This document shows, one piece after another, positions 36,733-44,849 of a stretch of 44,849 bases of DNA. The notes under the pieces were generated by a model, which was not told the origin of the DNA, ran no database searches, and saw nothing but the letters and a program-made list of their open reading frames with translations. Within the stretch, counting starts at the first letter, position 1. The number at the start of each line of letters is the position of its first letter. Source of the stretch: Promethearchaeota archaeon. Lineage in GTDB: Archaea; Asgardarchaeota; Lokiarchaeia; Sigyniarchaeales; SOKP01. The position numbers and the translations under genes are program-made. The DNA lies in assembly GCA_016839745.1 (NCBI GenBank), contig JAEOTS010000069.1, forward strand, positions 1 through 44,849, read 5' to 3'.

Positions 36733-37869
36733 TTACTTCATACTTTCATTTACAACTTCGTGATGACAAACAGTCAAAGAAATTGTTTTGGAGGCTATTA
36801 ATTCGAGATTATTTAGAACCTCTACATATGAGGCTAGGATTACTAAATTTTCGTTATTGCCCTCTAATATTACATTTTCTCGAATATTACAGTTATCAGC
36901 AATAATCGCTTTTTCGATTTTGACATTATTAGAGATATATACTTCGTTATAGATTAAACAATTTGAAAGTTCAGTATTGTTTTCAATTAATACATTGTCA
37001 CCAATAACTACATTCGGACCGATTTTACAATCGCTATGAATTACCACATTTTCACCAATAGTACATGGTGGATAAATTTCTGTCCTGGGGTGGATGTTCG
37101 CAGAATAATCTATTAAATTTTTTACTTTTCCATCTAATTTATTTATTAAATCATTCATCAAGAGAATATTTCCTTGTAGTAGATCGTAAGGTTTACCCAC
37201 ATCATTCCATATACCGGTAAGAGGATAATAAAAAAGCTTCTTTTCATTTGCGACTCTGGGAAACACTTGCCTTTCAATCGAGACTTTTTTATTTGGTTCG
37301 ACGAATGAAAATATTTCGGATTCTAATATATATACCCCCGCGTTAATAGGCATAGGAACTATTTTGCCGTTGGGGGGCGAGTATTCGTCCTTTTCAAGAA
37401 ATTTTAATAATTGATGTGTTTCATTATTTACAATCAAAACACCATATCTTGAAGGATCATCCACAGTTTTCCCTGCGATTGTGCCGATCCCTTTTTTTTT
37501 TTCGTGAAACTTAAGCATTTCTCCCATATCGTAATTTAAAATCACATCGCCGTTCAGCATGAAAAAATTGTCGTCTTTTAAGTAATCCTCTGCTAATTTC
37601 ATAGCTCCTGCGGTGCCTTTTGGGTGTTTTTCGCCCGTATAATGGATTTTTATTCCTAATTTCTCCCCTTCTCTGAAATAATTTTTAATAACATCATCCA
37701 TTACGCTTACAGCTAATACTATTTCTTTAACTCCAGCCGATTTTAATAAAAGTATTTGCCGTTCTATAACGGGTTTATTGACGATCGGAATTAATGTTTT
37801 GGGTTTTGTACATGTTAGGGGTCTTAGCCTTGTACCCCAACCACCCGATAGTATTATTGCTTTTGTCAT
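36733..37869 (-). CDS. NDP-sugar synthase (mannose-1-phosphate guanylyltransferase-like)
   Basis: LSGGWGTRLRPLT..KPK, GTAGA, NGDV, PSRYGV, INAGVY, SIER.VFP and C-terminal hexapeptide repeats. Confidence 0.9.
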   Translation of the reverse strand: MTKAIILSGGWGTRLRPLTCTKPKTLIPIVNKPVIERQILLLKSAGVKEIVLAVSVMDDVIKNYFREGEKLGIKIHYTGEKHPKGTAGAMKLAEDYLKDDNFFMLNGDVILNYDMGEMLKFHEKKKGIGTIAGKTVDDPSRYGVLIVNNETHQLLKFLEKDEYSPPNGKIVPMPINAGVYILESEIFSFVEPNKKVSIERQVFPRVANEKKLFYYPLTGIWNDVGKPYDLLQGNILLMNDLINKLDGKVKNLIDYSANIHPRTEIYPPCTIGENVVIHSDCKIGPNVVIGDNVLIENNTELSNCLIYNEVYISNNVKIEKAIIADNCNIRENVILEGNNENLVILASYVEVLNNLELIASKTISLTVCHHEVVNESMK

Positions 37870-38029
37870 TTTTATTTGATCTTACATTTTGATGAGATTG
37901 TATCCATTATTTAAAAAGAACCTTTTTAAAAATTATTTCGATAAATATTACTTCCAACAAGTAAATAGATTAACGTTATATATCTTATGAGTTCTGGTTA
38001 AAATTTTAACATTACTATATGTAATATTA

Positions 38030-39151
38030 CTATATGTCATTTGTTATTTTCTGTGAATAAAGAAATGCTCCTGGTTCAATTCCTTTTTTCTCTGCCATTT
38101 TATAGAATAATAATTGAAGAATAATGATTTCCATAATCGAAGATAAGTGAGGATCTTTAATATTGTGCTTATAAGTAATGATCTTTGCATTATCATGCAA
38201 TTGATTTACCTCTTTGTCAAAATCTTGATTTGTTATATGCAATATTTTCCCAAAAGCCCATTTATTCACTACATTATCTATAAATGGAACATTTAGATTA
38301 AGATTTTCTTTATCGGATGACAGAATTATAAGATTTGTTGTATCTTTTAAGCATTCTATACCTCCATGTCTAAATGTGGATATAGAATTTGCCTCCGAGT
38401 ACGATTTGACGACTTCCTTAAAATTTAATGCTGCTTGATGTGCTGTTGTTAAAGAAGAACCTCTTGAGAGAATTTCAAGAAATTCAATCTTATCTCCGAA
38501 TGGGATTAGAATTTCTTTCCATAGTTTATTGATCTGTTTTTGGTCTTTTAGAATTCTTTCAATTTCAGTCAACAAATCTTCTACTCTTTGATTTTCGTCT
38601 TTATTTGTAAAAAATTCGCCAATAATGGTTTTCGCCATAATGTAGAGCAATAGCAGAGTACATACATAGCTTTTTGAAGTAACTGAAACTTCCTTGTCAA
38701 AATTCATATAAATTTGCAATTCTGTCATATATGCCAGATAACTATCAGCATTATTTGTCATTCCAATTGTTAATGGTTTATCTTCAATGGGGATGGCATT
38801 AATTTCCCTTAATAATTCTCTTATTTCATCAGATTCCCCTGATTGTGAAATTATTATAATTCCTGTATCTTTAAAGCAGTTTTGTTTTATTTTTGGAAAA
38901 GTGTTAAACAAGAATTCTCCAGCTTCTCTCATTTCGACAGCTATCCCATATTGGTTTAGGATATAGTATGGTAGATATGAACTAATGAAACTTGAGCCCA
39001 TCCCAGTAAAAATAAGTTTAGTAATTCCTCCTTTTTTTATAAAGTCTCTAAGTTTTAGAAACTGAGGTTTTCCCTCTCCAAGAATATAATCAAATGTTTC
39101 CCTTAACGCTTGAGGTTGAGATTTAATTTCTTTAAGAAAATAATCGTCCAT
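38030..39151 (-). CDS. Tandem SIS-domain sugar-phosphate isomerase/deaminase (GlmS C-terminal-like)
   Basis: EIKSQP, TGMGSS, ISQSGES, TSKSY, ALNFKE and FRHG motifs. Confidence 0.9.
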   Translation of the reverse strand: MDDYFLKEIKSQPQALRETFDYILGEGKPQFLKLRDFIKKGGITKLIFTGMGSSFISSYLPYYILNQYGIAVEMREAGEFLFNTFPKIKQNCFKDTGIIIISQSGESDEIRELLREINAIPIEDKPLTIGMTNNADSYLAYMTELQIYMNFDKEVSVTSKSYVCTLLLLYIMAKTIIGEFFTNKDENQRVEDLLTEIERILKDQKQINKLWKEILIPFGDKIEFLEILSRGSSLTTAHQAALNFKEVVKSYSEANSISTFRHGGIECLKDTTNLIILSSDKENLNLNVPFIDNVVNKWAFGKILHITNQDFDKEVNQLHDNAKIITYKHNIKDPHLSSIMEIIILQLLFYKMAEKKGIEPGAFLYSQKITNDI

Positions 39152-39253
39152 TTTAATCCCCTAAAAAATTATTCATATTTAATAATAAAAAAAAATATAA
39201 GATAAAATTAATTTAACAAATTCATAATTGAATTTATATTAAAGTGATAGAAT

Positions 39254-39625
39254 TTGCCTTGCATACACGGTCTTGATAATAACAATTGCCCTATTTGCCG
39301 AATGACAAGATCAACAGTCCCCCGAACCCCGATCCATGACAACACGAATAAAAATGAGGACCTAAGGCCTGAAAGCCCTTTTTTTAAAAAACACCTTTCT
39401 AACAAAAATCAAACTGAAGATTATTTAACAAAAACCAATAAATCATTACAACCAAATCTTATTAATCCACTACCAACACCAAACCTTATTAATACAACAC
39501 CTAGTTTTGAAAGTAAGGAATTAATGAAAAGATTGGATGAAATAGATATCAAAAGTTTGGATACTTTTGGAATTACTAATAAAGTTAAACTAGAAAAACC
39601 TAATTTAAAACTCGATGACGATTAG
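39254..39625 (+). CDS. Small protein with N-terminal CxH...CxxC Zn-binding motif and low-complexity tail
   Basis: MPCIHGLDNNNCPIC; TTG start after GTGA. Confidence 0.7.
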   Translation: MPCIHGLDNNNCPICRMTRSTVPRTPIHDNTNKNEDLRPESPFFKKHLSNKNQTEDYLTKTNKSLQPNLINPLPTPNLINTTPSFESKELMKRLDEIDIKSLDTFGITNKVKLEKPNLKLDDD

Positions 39626-39780
39626 GTTTATTTAAATAATAATATATGAATAACAGAAAGGTTTAATATCATTCATTTTAACATAAGAATTTATAGTAAG
39701 CGTTTTAAAAATAATGTATATAGTAGTAAATTATTTTATGCTTACATCAAGTTAACAACCAACGAATCAAGTGTTATGAG

Positions 39781-41514
39781 ATGGAAATTAATAAAGATTT
39801 GAAAGATAGCACCCAAGTTGCTTATATATCCATGGAAATTGCTGTGGATTCAAGTATTCCAACATATAGCGGCGGATTAGGAGTATTATCAGGAGATACA
39901 GTAAGATCTGCAGCAGATTTAGAACTTCCTATGGTAGGAATATGTTTGTGTTATAGTTCTGGTTATTTTTATCAGTTTTTTAACGAACATGGAGAACAGA
40001 AAGAAAAAGAAATTGAATGGAATTTTTTTTACGAGTTTGAGAAAATTGAAAAACCTATAAAGATAAAAATCGAAGGTAAAGAAGTATTAGTTTCTGCCTG
40101 GCTATACCGAGTCATTGGTCAATCAGGTCATATTCTCCCAATATATTTATTAACTACGGATGTTGAGGGCAATGAAGAATGGATGAAATCCATGACTGGT
40201 TCTCTTTACGATTCTACTTCACGATGGAATCGAATTGTTCAAGAAATGATACTCGGGATAGGTGGTGTAAAATTATTAGAATCATTAGGATATAATAATA
40301 TACAAACTTACCATCTAAACGAAGGCCACGGTTCCTTCTCAATTGTAGAACTTTATAATAAATTAGGAGGCGATCTCGATAGAGTTAAGGAAAAGGTTGT
40401 ATTTACAACGCATACACCAGTACCGGCAGGTCACGATAGGTTTGACCAAGATTTAGTTGATAAAGTATTTGGAGATAGGTTGCCCTCCGAGATTAGAAAA
40501 ATTGCTGAAGATAATGGTCAGTTCAATATGACCTTTTTAGGGATGGGACTTTCTAGATATAGGAATGGAGTAGCTAAAAAGCATGGGGAAATTTCAAAAG
40601 TAATGTTCCCTCAATATGATGTTGATTCTATTACGAACGGCATTCATTTACCATTTTGGGTTAGCGAGCCTTTTCGCCAAATTTTTGATAAAAAATGGCC
40701 CAATTGGAAATCCAAGCCTTCAATTCTACAAAACGCGATAGAGCTAGATGATTTAGATATTTTCGATGCACATATCGAAAATAAATTCAATCTAATTAGT
40801 TATCAAAAAGGTCATAGTTGGAACCTTTTAGACGAAGAATTAATTACAATCGGTTTTGCAAGACGCTTTGCAACTTATAAAAGAGCAACCCTAATATTTA
40901 ATGATGTAGAGAGACTAGGTAAAATTTGTAAAAGCAAAATTCAATTTATATTCGCGGGAAAAGCACATCCCAAAGATAAAATGGGAAAGGATTATATTAA
41001 AGAAATCTATGAAAAAGGCGAATATCTTTACGATAATTATGGAGTTAAAGTTGTTATGATGGAAAATTATAACATGGATTTGTCTCATATGATGGTATCT
41101 GGTTGCGATGTTTGGCTCAATACGCCAGAAAGATATCGCGAGGCTAGTGGCACAAGTGGAATGAAAGCAGCTCTTAATGGCGTTTTAAATTTTAGCGTTC
41201 AAGATGGGTGGTGGTTAGAAGGATATCGCATGAACTCAATGGCAGGATGGGCAATTGGACCAGACGATTCAAATCCTGATGATGTTGGAGTTTCAAATGA
41301 TTTGGAAGTTGACTCCGAATTTATATATGATACTTTAGAAAATAAAATTATACCAACTTATTTGAATCATGACGAGTGGTTGTTTAAAAGTAAAAACGCG
41401 ATCGCATTAGCCGCTTACTTTAACACTAATAGAATGATGAATGAATATGCGAAAAAAGCATATAAGCTTATAAAACAGAAGCCTTGGAATTTTAGTGGTG
41501 ATTCTTTGTTCTAG
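39781..41514 (+). CDS. glgP: Alpha-glucan (glycogen/maltodextrin) phosphorylase
   Basis: YSGGLGVL, HLNEGH, FTTHTPVPAGHD, ARRFATYKRA, AGKAHP and PLP site EASGTSGMK. Confidence 0.96.
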   Translation: MEINKDLKDSTQVAYISMEIAVDSSIPTYSGGLGVLSGDTVRSAADLELPMVGICLCYSSGYFYQFFNEHGEQKEKEIEWNFFYEFEKIEKPIKIKIEGKEVLVSAWLYRVIGQSGHILPIYLLTTDVEGNEEWMKSMTGSLYDSTSRWNRIVQEMILGIGGVKLLESLGYNNIQTYHLNEGHGSFSIVELYNKLGGDLDRVKEKVVFTTHTPVPAGHDRFDQDLVDKVFGDRLPSEIRKIAEDNGQFNMTFLGMGLSRYRNGVAKKHGEISKVMFPQYDVDSITNGIHLPFWVSEPFRQIFDKKWPNWKSKPSILQNAIELDDLDIFDAHIENKFNLISYQKGHSWNLLDEELITIGFARRFATYKRATLIFNDVERLGKICKSKIQFIFAGKAHPKDKMGKDYIKEIYEKGEYLYDNYGVKVVMMENYNMDLSHMMVSGCDVWLNTPERYREASGTSGMKAALNGVLNFSVQDGWWLEGYRMNSMAGWAIGPDDSNPDDVGVSNDLEVDSEFIYDTLENKIIPTYLNHDEWLFKSKNAIALAAYFNTNRMMNEYAKKAYKLIKQKPWNFSGDSLF

Positions 41515-41537
41515 TAGCTTTAAGAAAAAAAAGAGTT

Positions 41538-42044
41538 TTACTGCCCAGTACAATTAAGTAATCTAAAAGGTTTAATTTTGATATAATCTTCTAAATTACT
41601 TTGCTCGAAATATAGTTTAAAAGTTTGAGTAAGTATATCCTCTATAGTATCTACTCCTAATATCAAACCTTCCATGTCTTTAGATAACAAAAGCATATAA
41701 TTAGATGTAGATTCGAGATAAAAACACCCGGGTTTGATTTTGGTGTCCTTGTACGGACTTATCATTTGATTGGCATCTTTAATAGCCTGATTTGTTGTAA
41801 ATATGACTATAAAAAATTTTTCTGAATATTCTTCTTTTAAATAGGAATCCCTTATACCAGAAGCAAGGAGTGAAATATTCGTATAATCTCTAAAAATCAA
41901 CTGTAATCGGGTTAGTTCTTTCCTGAATTTAATTTTATTGTGAAAAAAACTAAAGTTCTTATCCAATTTTAAAGGTTCATTGTCTAAATATGTAATTTCT
42001 CTTGGACTCGAACGGAATTCATAATCTCTGATATTTTTTGACAT
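41538..42044 (-). CDS. Stand-alone glycoside hydrolase family 20 domain-2 (zincin-like) protein
   Basis: SPREI...LKL N-terminus and FYLE....MLLLSKD.EGL..GV.TI.DIL pattern. Ends where the catalytic barrel would start. Confidence 0.65.
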   Translation of the reverse strand: MSKNIRDYEFRSSPREITYLDNEPLKLDKNFSFFHNKIKFRKELTRLQLIFRDYTNISLLASGIRDSYLKEEYSEKFFIVIFTTNQAIKDANQMISPYKDTKIKPGCFYLESTSNYMLLLSKDMEGLILGVDTIEDILTQTFKLYFEQSNLEDYIKIKPFRLLNCTGQ

Positions 42045-42178
42045 TATTAAAAATTGCTCATATTTGGTAAATTAAAAATTGTTTGAAACTAAAAGTCTAA
42101 ATAAGATAAATTGAAGTTTTTTAAAAAATTCTTGTTTATAGATTGTAAAGAATATTAAAAAGAAGATTTTTAAATAAA

Positions 42179-43165
42179 ATGAAATTAGGAACGCTTCTTT
42201 TAGCAAATAATTTGATTTTAGCTCCAATGCTACAAGTGAGTACTGGACCATACAGGCGATTTTGTAGAACATTTAGCAAGATAGGAATGGTAAGCGTTCC
42301 AATGCTTTATACAAAAAGATTAGAAAAAAACCCTGACACGGTTTTAATGGACCTTCATAAAATTGAGGATGAAAAACCTATCAGCGTGCAACTAATAGGA
42401 TCAGATCTTAATGCTTTAAAGAGTTCAATAGATTTTCTTGAGAGTTACAAATTCGATGTATTGGATATTAACGCCGGTTGTCCTTCTAAGAGAGCAATCA
42501 AAGCACAAGAAGGAGGATATTTGCTTAGGGATTTAAGTAAACTAAAAAGTTTAATAAATGTTGGGGTCAAATACTCATCAAGGCCTGTATCACTAAAGAT
42601 TAGAATAGGATTCAACAGTTCAAAAGAAATTGAAAAAATAGTGAGCATTATAAATAATTCGGGCTTAGAATTTCTAACTGTTCATGGAAGAACTGTAAGA
42701 GATCGTTATAACGACTCTACGCTTAATTTAGATGCAATAAAAAAAATAAAATCATTGTTAAAGATCCCCGTAGTTGGAAATGGTAGCATCTTCAACCCAA
42801 AAACAGCGAGAGAGTTCTTAGAATTCACAAATGTTGATGCGTTAATGATTGGAAGAGGATCGATGGGATATCCTGAAATATTTAACCAAATTGACCAATA
42901 TCTAATAGATGGTATAGAATCTATTATTGAAAATAACACAAGGAAAATGAAAGAATACATTGGGCTGTATGAGCGTTGCATTACTGATTATTTGGACAAT
43001 AATTTCGAGATTCCTTATTCTTTTGAAAAATATAAATTTATGGAGTTAAGAAGAAATTTAATATGGTTAAGCAAAAACATCCAAGGCTCGACTGATCTTA
43101 GGATTAAAATTTCTAAAACAAAAAATTTAGAAGAATTAGATCAAATAATCAATTACTTGAATTAA
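42179..43165 (+). CDS. dus: tRNA-dihydrouridine synthase family protein
   Basis: LAPM, VQLIG, DINAGCP, SLKIRIG, TVHGR, GNG and MIGRG motifs. Confidence 0.94.
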   Translation: MKLGTLLLANNLILAPMLQVSTGPYRRFCRTFSKIGMVSVPMLYTKRLEKNPDTVLMDLHKIEDEKPISVQLIGSDLNALKSSIDFLESYKFDVLDINAGCPSKRAIKAQEGGYLLRDLSKLKSLINVGVKYSSRPVSLKIRIGFNSSKEIEKIVSIINNSGLEFLTVHGRTVRDRYNDSTLNLDAIKKIKSLLKIPVVGNGSIFNPKTAREFLEFTNVDALMIGRGSMGYPEIFNQIDQYLIDGIESIIENNTRKMKEYIGLYERCITDYLDNNFEIPYSFEKYKFMELRRNLIWLSKNIQGSTDLRIKISKTKNLEELDQIINYLN

Positions 43166-43434
43166 CTCGTTAAAAACAAAATGAGAAAGATTGCTAAATA
43201 CATAAAGATAACTATTCCATCAACCACTATAATAAGATTAAGTATTTGTATGACCATTCCCTCGAGAGTGGTAGTCAATTGTTCAATCGTCCAATATAAA
43301 TGACCTGCGAGCCCAGAAATTGATACATTGATACTAAAACAAATGACTTCAATCATACCCAAAAGAAATACTTTAAAGATCGCATCTTTTTGTTTCTCAT
43401 TAAGCTTCATCATTTTATCCTTATCAGTTTTCAA
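43162..43434 (-). CDS. Small two-TM membrane protein
   Basis: Two hydrophobic helices; lies downstream of mtnA, with its stop overlapping the dus stop. Confidence 0.6.
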   Translation of the reverse strand: MKTDKDKMMKLNEKQKDAIFKVFLLGMIEVICFSINVSISGLAGHLYWTIEQLTTTLEGMVIQILNLIIVVDGIVIFMYLAIFLILFLTS

Positions 43435-43458
43435 ATTACTATATAAGATTAATTATTG

Positions 43459-44484
43459 TCAACCTTTATACTTTTTTAATAATTCTCTTGGTGTAAAAAC
43501 TCCGTCTTCTGTAATAACGCCAGATACTAATCTAAAGGGGGTAATATCGAATGCGTAATTTAAGCATTCAACGCCATTAGGGACGATTTGCACCTTTCCA
43601 AGTACGTTTCCTACTTCTCCACTATCCCTTTGCTCTATTATAACATCCTCTATCGTCTCATGAAGAGATAAGGTAGACGTTGGAGCAGCAACATAGAACG
43701 GAATTTTATTGTCAAACGCAGCTAAAGCAACTAAATAAGTTCCAATTTTATTGAAAACTGCGTCTGAAGTAACTCGGTCCGTACCGACTATTACTTTATC
43801 TACTTTTCCAAGCCTCATCAAGAGCCCTGAAGAAGTATCTGATATTACTTTTACGGGAATGTTATCGTATTGAAGTTCGTAAGCTGTTAGCCTTGCCCCT
43901 TGTAATCTCGGTCTCGTCTCGTCTGCGATAACACTAATATCCTTTCCCATTTCGATAGCGGCTCTAATTGGTGCTAAAGCTGTGCCATATTGAACAGTAG
44001 CTAAAGAACCCGCATTACAGTGGGTTAGAACCACATCTCCGTCTTGCAACAAAACAGCGCCATTTTTGCCTATGTTTTTATTTACGTTAATATCTTCTTG
44101 TGCCATTAACTTGGCTTCTTCAATAATGAGATCAGAAATATTTGAAGGGTTGTCTGGAAAAGAACTTATAATCTTCCATATTCTATTTACTGCCCAAAAA
44201 AGGTTAGAAGCTGTAGGTCTTGTACTTCGTATTACATCAGCAGCTTCTTCCATTTTTTTTAGGAAGTTCTCCTTTGTAAGTTCTTTATATTCTATCGTTG
44301 CTAAGGCCATACCCATTGCTGCTGCTACACCAATAGCAGGGGCTCCTCGAATATTCATTACTTTAATAGAATTGGCAACGGCTCTAAAATCATTAAACTC
44401 TAAAAATTCAAGCTTATGCGGTAGAAGAGTTTGATCAATCATCTTAACTTTGTTGTCGACGGTCCATTCAATTGAAGGAATCAT
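43459..44484 (-). CDS. mtnA: S-methyl-5-thioribose-1-phosphate isomerase (eIF2B-related family)
   Basis: IDQTLLP, RGAPAIG, RPTA, LTHCNAGSLAT, ETRPRLQGARLTA, NKIGT and AFDITP motifs. Confidence 0.93.
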   Translation of the reverse strand: MIPSIEWTVDNKVKMIDQTLLPHKLEFLEFNDFRAVANSIKVMNIRGAPAIGVAAAMGMALATIEYKELTKENFLKKMEEAADVIRSTRPTASNLFWAVNRIWKIISSFPDNPSNISDLIIEEAKLMAQEDINVNKNIGKNGAVLLQDGDVVLTHCNAGSLATVQYGTALAPIRAAIEMGKDISVIADETRPRLQGARLTAYELQYDNIPVKVISDTSSGLLMRLGKVDKVIVGTDRVTSDAVFNKIGTYLVALAAFDNKIPFYVAAPTSTLSLHETIEDVIIEQRDSGEVGNVLGKVQIVPNGVECLNYAFDITPFRLVSGVITEDGVFTPRELLKKYKG

Positions 44485-44582
44485 ATTAATCTTAAATATT
44501 ACAAGATTTAAATAATTAAATTAGTATTATTTTTAATCATAACATTTATGATTAGAAGTATTATTTAGAAACTTAACTTACT

Positions 44583-44849
44583 ATGAAGCAAATTCCTCTG
44601 ATCAAAGACCTCCAGAATCGTTTACCCTGGGATAAATTTATAGAGGAAATGGAAAAACATGGTTTTTTCAAACTAACATTTATCAAAACCTCTAATGTAT
44701 CGGAAAGTAAATCAAATTATCAATCTATCCAAACGGGGTATGTGATGCTTATTGGAGATCCGATTCAGGCAAGTGCTATTAGAGATACTTCACTTCTACA
44801 TATTAGACCTTATGTGCTGTTTAGACCAAAGGTAGAAAACCAATTACGA
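44583..44849 (+). CDS. 5' part of a hypothetical protein (runs off the window)
   Basis: ATG at 44583, open to the edge: MKQIPLIKDLQNRLPWDKFIEEMEKHGFFK... Confidence 0.7.
   Translation, partial: MKQIPLIKDLQNRLPWDKFIEEMEKHGFFKLTFIKTSNVSESKSNYQSIQTGYVMLIGDPIQASAIRDTSLLHIRPYVLFRPKVENQLR

Noticed and set aside
141-44434. Numerous short antisense or nested ORFs (e.g. 1044-1466, 20294-20674, 29590-30099, 33258-33596, 44066-44434)
   Set aside because: They are shadows of well-supported genes and contain no motifs.
43459-44484. eIF2B subunit or ribose-1,5-bisphosphate isomerase
   Set aside because: The N-terminal IDQTLLP and HCNAGSLAT/ETRPRLQGARLT motifs fit MtnA better.
1-44849. CRISPR array, IS element, rRNA, selenoprotein gene
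   Set aside because: No regularly spaced repeats, transposase ORFs, long GC-rich structural RNA or convincing in-frame TGA with a SECIS was seen by eye.

Overview
AT-rich (roughly 30% GC by eye), gene-dense chromosomal segment of an archaeon, almost certainly an Asgard archaeon of the Lokiarchaeia/Promethearchaeia type. The basis is archaeal uS15/eS1, a four-gene ESCRT cluster (Vps2/24/46-like ESCRT-III, Vps4, Vps25, Vps22/36), two longin/roadblock-type proteins and a HEAT-LRR protein. It also carries housekeeping and sugar-metabolism genes (rdgB, glmU, pgk, glgP, mtnA, dus, a NOP2-type methyltransferase with NIP7), a short histone-fold protein, tRNA-Val(GAC) and a tRNA-Gly(GCC) interrupted by two BHB-type introns. 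No mobile element or CRISPR array is evident. The most interesting items are: (1) a 14.2-23.2 kb neighbourhood with a His-loop NikR, a nucleotide-pyrophosphatase-like gene, His-tract-less LarC, LarB and an atypical MoxR-type AAA+/HExxH-VWA pair; (2) several genes that appear to begin at non-canonical start codons behind Shine-Dalgarno-like motifs; (3) the double-intron tRNA; (4) MIM1-like motifs in an N-terminally extended Vps25. All product calls come from motif recognition by eye, with no database search.
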